From positions 3,534,001-3,598,000 of the forward strand of contig OZ059896.1 of the NCBI GenBank assembly GCA_964057225.1: a stretch of DNA of 64,000 bases. Reading direction: 5' to 3'. This stretch comes from Auanema rhodensis (lineage: Eukaryota; Animalia; Nematoda). Below are positions 54,301 through 64,000 of this stretch, piece after piece (the first letter of the stretch is position 1; every line of letters starts with the position of its first letter). The notes beneath the pieces are model-generated. The model searched no databases, was not told the origin of the DNA, and saw nothing but the letters and a program-made list of their open reading frames with translations. A program made the translations under genes and the position numbers.

Positions 54301-57300
54301 ACGTAAATTTCAAAGTCATGGTTACCATGAACCAATATCAATAAAAATTTGTTTTTAGACTAATATGGACATGGGGAATCTAATTTTGAAAACCGAATCT
54401 CTTTATCTTTCACGTGAAGCGAGTTACATACCAAGTGCACATCACGTGTACATTTAATTAGCATAAATTAAAGTTCACGTAAATTTCAAAGTCATGGTTA
54501 CCATGAACCAATATCAATAAAAATTTGTTTTTAGACTAATATGGACATGGGGAATCTAATTTTGAAAACCGCATCTCTTTATCTTTCACGTGAAGCGAGT
54601 TACATACCAAGTGCACATCACGTGTACATTTAATTAGCATAAATTAAAGTTCACGTAAATTTCAAAGTCATGGTTACCATGCACCAATATCAATAAAAAT
54701 TTGTTTTTAGACTAATATGGACATGGGGAATCTAATTTTGAAAACCGCATCTCTTTATCTTTCACGTGAAGCGAGTTACATACCAAGTGCACATCACGTG
54801 TACATTTAATTAGCATAAAGTAAAGTTCACGTAAATTTCAAAGTCATGGTTACCATGCACCAATATCAATAAAAATTTGTTTTTAGACTAATATGGACAT
54901 GGGGAATCTAATTTTGAAAATCGCATCTCTTTATCTTTCACGTGAAGCGAGTTACATACCAAGTGCACATCACGTGTACATTTAATTAGCATAAATTAAA
55001 GTTCACGTAAATTTCAAAGTCATGGTTACCATGAACCAATATCAATAAAAATATGTTTTTAGACTAATATGGACATGGGGAATCTAATTTTGAAAACCGC
55101 ATCTCTTTATCTTTCACGTGAAGCGAGTTACATACCAAGTGCACATCACGTGTACATTTAATTAGCATAAATTAAAGTTCACGTAAATTTCAAAGTCATG
55201 GTTACCATGAACCAATATCAATAAAAATTTGTTTTTAGACTAATATGGACATGGGGAATCTAATTTTGAAAACCGAATCTCTTTATCTTTCACGTGAAGC
55301 GAGTTACATACCAAGTGCACATCACGTGTACACTTAATTAGCATAAATTAAAGTTCACGTAAATTTCAAAGTCATGGTTACCATGCACCAATATCAATAA
55401 AAATTTGTTTTTAGACTAATATGGACATGGGGAATCTAATTTTGAAAACCGCATCTCTTTATCTTTCACGTGAAGCGAGTTACATACCAAGTGCACATCA
55501 CGTGTACATTTAATTAGCATAAATTAAAGTTCACGTAAATTTCAAAGTCATGGTTACCATGCACCAATATCAATAAAAATTTGTTTTTAGACTAATATGG
55601 ACATGGGGAATCTAATTTTGAAAACCGCATCTCTTTATCTTTCACGTGAAGCGAGTTACATACCAAGTGCACATCACGTGTACATTTAATTAGCATAAAT
55701 TAAAGTTCACGTAAATTTCAAAGTCATGGTTACCATGCACCAATATCAATAAAAATTTGTTTTTAGACTAATATGGACATGGGGAATCTAATTTTGAAAA
55801 CCGCATCTCTTTATCTTTCACGTGAAGCGAGTTACATACCAAGTGCACATCACGTGTACACTTAATTAGCATAAATTAAAGTTCACGTAAATTTCAAAGT
55901 CATGGTTACCATGCACCAATATCAATAAAAATTTGTTTTTAGACTAATATGGACATGGGGAATCTAATTTTGAAAACCGCATCTCTTTATCTTTCACGTG
56001 AAGCGAGTTACATACCAAGTGCACATCACGTGTACATTTAATTAGCATAAAGTAAAGTTCACGTAAATTTCAAAGTCATGGTTACCATGAACCAATATCA
56101 ATAAAAATTTGTTTTTAGACTAATATGGACATGGGGAATCTAATTTTGAAAACCGCATCTCTTTATCTTTCACGTGAAGCGAGTTACATACCAAGTGCAC
56201 ATCACGTGTACATTTAATTAGCATAAATTAAAGTTCACGTAAATTTCAAAGTCATGGTTACCATGCACCAATATTAATAAAAATTTGTTTTTAGACTAAT
56301 ATGGACATGGGGAATCTAATTTTGAAAACCGCATCTCTTTATCTTTCACGTGAAGCGTGTTACATACCAAGTGCACATCACGTGTACATTTAATTAGCAT
56401 AAATTAAAGTTCACGTAAATTTCAAAGTCATGGTTACCATGCACCAATATCAATAAAAATTTGTTTTTAGACTAATATGGACATGGGGAATCTAATTTTG
56501 AAAACCGCATCTCTTTATCTTTCAAGTGAAGCGAGTTACATACCAAGTGCACATCACGTGTACATTTAATTAGCATAAATTAAAGTTCACGTAAATTTCA
56601 AAGTCATGGTTACCATGCACCAATATCAATAAAAATTTGTTTTTAGACTAATATGAACATGGGGAATCTAATTTTGGAAACCGAATCTCTTTATCTTTCA
56701 CGTGAAGCGAGTTACATACCAAGTGCACATAACGTGTACATTTAATTAGCATAAATTAAAGTTCACGTAAATTTCAAAGTCATGGTTACCATGAACCAAT
56801 ATCAATAAAAATTTGTTTTCAGACTAATTTGGACATGGGGAATCTAATTTTGAAAACCGCATCTCTTTATCTTTCAAGTGAAGCGAGTTACATACCAAGT
56901 GCACATCACGTGTACATTTAATTAGCATAAATTAAAGTTCACGTAAATTTCAAAGTCATGGTTACCATGCACCAATATTAATAAAAATTTGTTTTTAGAC
57001 TAATATGGACATGAGGAATCTAATTTTGAAAATCGCATCTCTTTATCTTTCACGTGAAGCGAGTTACATACCAAGTGCACATCACGTGTACATTTAATTA
57101 GCATAAATTAAAGTTCACGTAAATTTCAAAGTCATGGTTACCATGCACCAATATTAATAAAAATTTGTTTTTAGACTAATATGGACATGGGGAATCTAAT
57201 TTTGAAAACCGCATCTCTTTATCTTTCACGTGAAGCGAGTTACATACCAAGTGCACATCACGTGTACATTTAATTAGCATAAATTAAAGTTCACGTAAAT

Positions 57301-60300
57301 TTCAAAGTCATGGTTACCATGAACCAATATCAATAAAAATTTGTTTTTAGACTAATATGGACATGGGGAATCTAATTTTGAAAACCGCATCTCTTTATCT
57401 TTCAAGTGAAGCGAGTTACATACCAAGTGCACATCACGTGTACATTTAATTAGCATAAATTAAAGTTCACGTAAATTTCAAAGTCATGGTTACCATGCAC
57501 CAATATCAATAAAAATTTGTTTTTAGACTAATATGGACATGGGGAATCTAATTTTGAAAATCGCATCTCTTTATCTTTCACGTGAAGCGAGTTACATACC
57601 AAGTGCACATCACGTGTACATTTAATTAGCATAAATTAAAGTTCACGTAAATTTCAAAGTCATGGTTACCATGAACCAATATCAATAAAAATTTGTTTTT
57701 AGACTAATATGGACATGGGGAATCTAATTTTGAAAACCGCATCTCTTTATCTTTCAAGTGAAGCGAGTTACATACCAAGTGCACATCACGTGTACATTTA
57801 ATTAGCATAAATTAAAGTTCACGTAAATTTCAAAGTCATGGTTACCATGCACCAATATTAATAAAAATTTGTTTTTAGACTAATATGGACATGAGGAATC
57901 TAATTTTGAAAATCGCATCTCTTTATCTTTCACGTGAAGCGAGTTACATACCAAGTGCACATCACGTGTACATTTAATTAGCATAAATTAAAGTTCACGT
58001 AAATTTCAAAGTCATGGTTACCATGCACCAATATTAATAAAAATTTGTTTTTAGACTAATATGGACATGGGGAATCTAATTTTGAAAACCGCATCTCTTT
58101 ATCTTTCACGTGAAGCGAGTTACATACCAAGTGCACATCACGTGTACATTTAATTAGCATAAATTAAAGTTCACGTAAATTTCAAAGTCATGGTTACCAT
58201 GAACCAATATCAATAAAAATTTGTTTTTAGACTAATATGGACATGGGGAATCTAATTTTGAAAACCGCATCTCTTTATCTTTCAAGTGAAGCGAGTTACA
58301 TACCAAATGCACATCACGTGTACATTTAATTAGCATAAATTAAAGTTCACGTAAATTTCAAAGTCATGGTTACCATGCACCAATATCAATAAAAATTTGT
58401 TTTTAGACTAATATGGACATGGGGAATCTAATTTTGAAAACCGCATCTCTTTATCTTTCACGTGAAGCGAGTTACATACCAAGTGCACATCACGTGTACA
58501 TTTAATTAGCATAAATTAAAGTTCACGTAAATTTCAAAGTCATGGTTACCATGCACCAATATCAATAAAAATTTGTTTTTAGACTAATATGGACATGGGG
58601 AATCTAATTTTGAAAATCGCATCTCTTTATCTTTCACGTGAAGCGAGTTACATACCAAGTGCACATCACGTGTACATTTAATTAGCATAAATTAAAGTTC
58701 ACGTAAATTTCAAAGTCATGGTTACCATGAACCAATATCAATAAAAATTTGTTTTTAGACTAATATGGACATGGGGAATCTAATTTTGAAAACCGCATCT
58801 CTTTATCTTTCAAGTGAAGCGAGTTACATACCAAGTGCACATCACGTGTACATTTAATTAGCATAAATTAAAGTTCACGTAAATTTCAAAGTCATGGTTA
58901 CCATGCACCAATATTAATAAAAATTTGTTTTTAGACTAATATGGACATGGGGAATCTAATTTTGAAAATCGCATCTCTTTATCTTTCACGTGAAGCGAGT
59001 TACATACCAAGTGCACATCACGTGTACATTTAATTAGCATAAATTAAAGTTCACGTAAATTTCAAAGTCATGGTTACCATGAACCAATATCAATAAAAAT
59101 TTGTTTTTAGACTAATATGGACATGGGGAATCTAATTTTGAAAACCGCATCTCTTTATCTTTCAAGTGAAGCGAGTTACATACCAAGTGCACATCACGTG
59201 TACATTTAATTAGCATAAATTAAAGTTCACGTAAATTTCAAAGTCATGGTTACCATGCACCAATATTAATAAAAATTTGTTTTTAGACTAATATGGACAT
59301 GAGGAATCTAATTTTGAAAATCGCATCTCTTTATCTTTCACGTGAAGCGAGTTACATACCAAGTGCACATCACGTGTACATTTAATTAGCATAAATTAAA
59401 GTTCACGTAAATTTCAAAGTCATGGTTACCATGCACCAATATTAATAAAAATTTGTTTTTAGACTAATATGGACATGGGGAATCTAATTTTGAAAACCGC
59501 ATCTCTTTATCTTTCACGTGAAGCGAGTTACATACCAAGTGCACATCACGTGTACATTTAATTAGCATAAATTAAAGTTCACGTAAATTTCAAAGTCATG
59601 GTTACCATGAACCAATATCAATAAAAATTTGTTTTTAGACTAATATGGACATGGGGAATCTAATTTTGAAAACCGCATCTCTTTATCTTTCAAGTGAAGC
59701 GAGTTACATACCAAGTGCACATCACGTGTACATTTAATTAGCATAAATTAAAGTTCACGTAAATTTCAAAGTCATGGTTACCATGCACCAATATCAATAA
59801 AAATTTGTTTTTAGACTAATATGGACATGGGGAATCTAATTTTGAAAACCGCATCTCTTTATCTTTCACGTGAAGCGAGTTACATACCAAGTGCACATCA
59901 CGTGTACATTTAATTAGCATAAATTAAAGTTCACGTAAATTTCAAAGTCATGGTTACCATGCACCAATATTAATAAAAATTTGTTTTTAGACTAATATGG
60001 ACATGGGGAATCTAATTTTGAAAACCGCATCTCTTTATCTTTCAAGTGAAGCGAGTTACATACCAAGTGCACATCACGTGTACATTTAATTAGCATAAAT
60101 TAAAGTTCACGTAAATTTCAAAGTTATGGTTACCATGCACCAATATTAATAAAAATTTGTTTTTAGACTAATATGGACATGAGGAATCTAATTTTGAAAA
60201 TCGCATCTCTTTATCTTTCACGTGAAGCGAGTTACATACCAAGTGCACATCACGTGTACATTTAATTAGCATAAATTAAAGTTCACGTAAATTTCAAAGT

Positions 60301-63300
60301 CATGGTTACCATGCACCAATATTAATAAAAATTTGTTTTTAGACTAATATGGACATGGGGAATCTAATTTTGAAAACCGCATCTCTTTATCTTTCACGTG
60401 AAGCGAGTTACATACCAAGTGCACATCACGTGTACATTTAATTAGCATAAATTAAAGTTCACGTAAATTTCAAAGTCATGGTTACCATGCACCAATATTA
60501 ATAAAAATTTGTTTTTAGACTAATTTGGACATGAGGAATCTAATTTTGAAAATCGCATCTCTTTAGCTTTCACGTGAAGCGAGTTACATACCAAGTGCAC
60601 ATCACGTGTACATTTAATTAGCATAAATTAAAGTTCACGTAAATTTCAAAGTCATGGTTACCATGCACCAATATTAATAAAAATTTGTTTTTAGACTAAT
60701 ATGGACATGAGGAATCTAATTTTGAAAATCGCATCTCTTTATCTTTCACGTGAAGCGAGTTACATACCAAGTGCACATCACGTGTACATTTAATTAGCAT
60801 AAATTAAAGTTCACGTAAATTTCAAAGTCATGGTTACCATGCACCAATATTAATAAAAATTTGTTTTTAGACTAATATGGACATGGGGAATCTAATTTTG
60901 AAAACCGCATCTCTTTATCTTTCACGTGAAGCGAGTTACATACCAAGTGCACATCACGTGTACATTTAATTAGCATAAATTAAAGTTCACGTAAATTTCA
61001 AAGTCATGGTTACCATGAACCAATATCAATAAAAATTTGTTTTTAGACTAATATGGACATGGGGAATCTAATTTTGAAAACCGCATCTCTTTATCTTTCA
61101 AGTGAAGCGAGTTACATACCAAGTGCACATCACGTGTACATTTAATTAGCATAAATTAAAGTTCACGTAAATTTCAAAGTCATGGTTACCATGAACCAAT
61201 ATCAATAAAAATTTGTTTTTAGACTAATATGGACATGGGGAATCTAATTTTGAAAACCGCATCTCTTTATCTTTCACGTGAAGCGAGTTACATACCAAGT
61301 GCACATCACGTGTACATTTAATTAGCATAAATTAAAGTTCACGTAAATTTCAAAGTCATGGTTACCATGCACCAATATTAATAAAAATTTGTTTTTAGAC
61401 TAATATGGACATGAGGAATCTAATTTTGAAAATCGCATCTCTTTATCTTTCACGTGAAGCGAGTTACATACCAAGTGCACATCACGTGTACATTTAATTA
61501 GCATAAATTAAAGTTCACGTAAATTTCAAAGTCATGGTTACCATGCACCAATATCAATAAAAATTTGTTTTTAGACTAATATGGACATGGGGAATCTAAT
61601 TTTGAAAACCGCATCTCTTTATCTTTCACGTGAAGCGAGTTACATACCAAGTGCACATCACGTGTACACTTAATTAGCATAAATTAAAGTTCACGTAAAT
61701 TTCAAAGTCATGGTTACCATGCACCAATATCAATAAAAATTTGTTTTTAGACTAATATGAACATGGGGAATCTAATTTTGAAAACCGCATCTCTTTATCT
61801 TTCAAGTGAAGCGAGTTACATACCAAGTGCACATCACGTGTACATTTAATTAGCATAAATTAAAGTTCACGTAAATTTCAAAGTCATGGTTACCATGAAC
61901 CAATATCAATAAAAATTTGTTTTCAGACTAATTTGGACATGGGGAATCTAATTTTGAAAACCGCATCTCTTTATCTTTCAAGTGAAGCGAGTTACATACC
62001 AAGTGCACATCACGTGTACATTTAATTAGCATAAATTAAAGTTCACGTAAATTTCAAAGTCATGGTTACCATGCACCAATATTAATAAAAATTTGTTTTT
62101 AGACTAATATGGACATGAGGAATCTAATTTTGAAAATCGCATCTCTTTATCTTTCACGTGAAGCGAGTTACATACCAAGTGCACATCACGTGTACATTTA
62201 ATTAGCATAAATTAAAGTTCACGTAAATTTCAAAGTCATGGTTACCATGCACCAATATTAATAAAAATTTGTTTTTAGACTAATATGGACATGGGGAATC
62301 TAATTTTGAGAACCGCATCTCTTTATCTTTCACGTGAAGCGAGTTACATACCAAGTGCACATCACGTGTACATTTAATTAGCATAAATTAAAGTTCACGT
62401 AAATTTCAAAGTCATGGTTACCATGAACCAATATCAATAAAAATTTGTTTTTAGACTAATATGGACATGGGGAATCTAATTTTGAAAACCGCATCTCTTT
62501 ATCTTTCAAGTGAAGCGAGTTACATACCAAGTGCACATCACGTGTACATTTAATTAGCATAAATTAAAGTTCACGTAAATTTCAAAGTCATGGTTACCAT
62601 GCACCAATATCAATAAAAATTTGTTTTTAGACTAATATGGACATGGGGAATCTAATTTTGAAAACCGCATCTCTTTATCTTTCACGTGAAGCGAGTTACA
62701 TACCAAGTGCACATCACGTGTACATTTAATTAGCATAAATTAAAGTTCACGTAAATTTCAAAGTCATGGTTACCATGCACCAATATCAATAAAAATTTGT
62801 TTTTAGACTAATATGGACATGGGGAATCTAATTTTGAAAACCGCATCTCTTTATCTTTCACGTGAAGCGAGTTACATACCAAGTGCACATCACGTGTACA
62901 CTTAATTAGCATAAATTAAAGTTCACGTAAATTTCAAAGTCATGGTTACCATGCACCAATATCAATAAAAATTTGTTTTTAGACTAATATGGACATGGGG
63001 AATCTAATTTTGAAAACCGCATCTCTTTATCTTTCACGTGAAGCGAGTTACATACCAAGTGCACATCACGTGTACATTTAATTAGCATAAAGTAAAGTTC
63101 ACGTAAATTTCAAAGTCATGGTTACCATGCACCAATATCAATAAAAATTTGTTTTTAGACTAATATGGACATGGGGAATCTAATTTTGAAAATCGCATCT
63201 CTTTATCTTTCACGTGAAGCGAGTTACATACCAAGTGCACATCACGTGTACATTTAATTAGCATAAATTAAAGTTCACGTAAATTTCAAAGTCATGGTTA

Positions 63301-64000
63301 CCATGAACCAATATCAATAAAAATTTGTTTTTAGACTAATATGGACATGGGGAATCTAATTTTGAAAACCGCATCTCTTTATCTTTCACGTGAAGCGAGT
63401 TACATACCAAGTGCACATCACGTGTACATTTAATTAGCATAAATTAAAGTTCACGTAAATTTCAAAGTCATGGTTACCATGCACCAATATTAATAAAAAT
63501 TTGTTTTTAGACTAATATGGACATGGGGAATCTAATTTTGAAAACCGCATCTCTTTATCTTTCACGTGAAGCGAGTTACATACCAAGTGCACATCACGTG
63601 TACATTTAATTAGCATAAATTAAAGTTGACGTAAATTTCAAAGTCATGGTTACCATGCACCAATATCAATAAAAATTTGTTTTTAGACTAATATGGACAT
63701 GGGGAATCTAATTTTGAAAACCGCATCTCTTTATCTTTCACGTGAAGCGAGTTACATACCAAGTGCACATCACGTGTACACTTAATTAGCATAAATTAAA
63801 GTTCACGTAAATTTCAAAGTCATGGTTACCATGCACCAATATCAATAAAAATTTGTTTTTAGACTAATATGGACATGGGGAATCTAATTTTGAAAACCGC
63901 ATCTCTTTATCTTTCACGTGAAGCGAGTTACATACCAAGTGCACATCACGTGTACATTTAATTAGCATAAATTAAAGTTCACGTAAATTTCAAAGTCATG
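54300..64000. repeat. Sub-family domain D, second copy, running off the window end
   Basis: The markers match 41800-48500 at offsets of 12496, 13904 and 14080 bp. Confidence 0.85.

Larger units (their letters stand above)
37600..62500. repeat. Large tandem segmental duplication: copy 1 ~37.6-48.4 kb (61 monomers), copy 2 ~48.4-62.5 kb (80 monomers)
   Basis: Offset 10736 (61x176): 40631/51367, 40726/51462, 41001/51737. Offset 12496 (71x): 41793/54289, 41900/54396, 43862/56358, 44235/56731. Offset 13904 (79x): 46662/60566. Offset 14080 (80x): 47680/61760, 47844/61924. Confidence 0.93.
1..64000. repeat. Tandem satellite DNA array, 176-bp monomer, ~363.6 copies, single orientation; putative centromeric/pericentromeric satellite
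   Basis: The monomer start 'ttttgaaaaccgcatc' recurs at 1+176k up to 4049, then at multiples of 176 (4224, 5280 ... 63888) after a 1-bp deletion. Copies differ from the consensus by only a few substitutions. The satellite call is direct; the centromeric role is inferred from monomer size and homogeneity. Confidence 0.99.

Noticed and set aside
1-64000. Protein-coding ORF or repetitive protein gene
   Set aside because: 176 is not a multiple of 3 and the monomer has many stop triplets on both strands (e.g. TTAA/TAA, TAG, TGA). Any reading frame cycles through all phases and stops within a few hundred bases at most.
1-64000. CRISPR array or repeat-spacer/cassette system
   Set aside because: There are no unique spacers. 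The entire 176 bp is repeated, variation is limited to point substitutions, and no cas or integrase genes are present.
1-64000. Embedded transposon, inversion or telomeric repeat
   Set aside because: The 176-bp register and orientation hold at every checkpoint across the window, leaving no room for foreign sequence that I could detect.
9300-64000. Variant pattern as an information-bearing code or single global HOR
   Set aside because: Marker spacings vary (2-14, 18, 61-80 monomers) and are adequately explained by nested local duplications.

Overview
The whole 64 kb window is one uninterrupted head-to-tail tandem array of a 176-bp, AT-rich (~32% GC) satellite monomer: 363 complete copies plus a 113-bp partial copy, all in one orientation. 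Consensus: ttttgaaaaccgcatctctttatctttcacgtgaagcgagttacataccaagtgcacatcacgtgtacatttaattagcataaattaaagttcacgtaaatttcaaagtcatggttaccatg(c/a)accaatatcaataaaaatttgtttttagactaatatggacatggggaatctaa. I see no genes, RNA genes, transposons, CRISPR array or unique DNA. The monomer length, homogeneity and array size resemble a eukaryotic (peri)centromeric satellite, but I cannot name the family or organism. The informative structure lies in the variants. They show spatial sub-family domains, many short tandem block duplications (2-14 monomers) and one large duplication (61 monomers, with the second copy 80 monomers long). I found only one indel in 64 kb, along with several dinucleotide substitutions. 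The monomer is dense in dyads and carries three ~32-33-bp-spaced TCACGT motifs and a degenerate CENP-B-box-like 17-mer. I found no evidence of a novel gene-encoded system. Block boundaries were read by eye from rare marker variants and are approximate to about one monomer.
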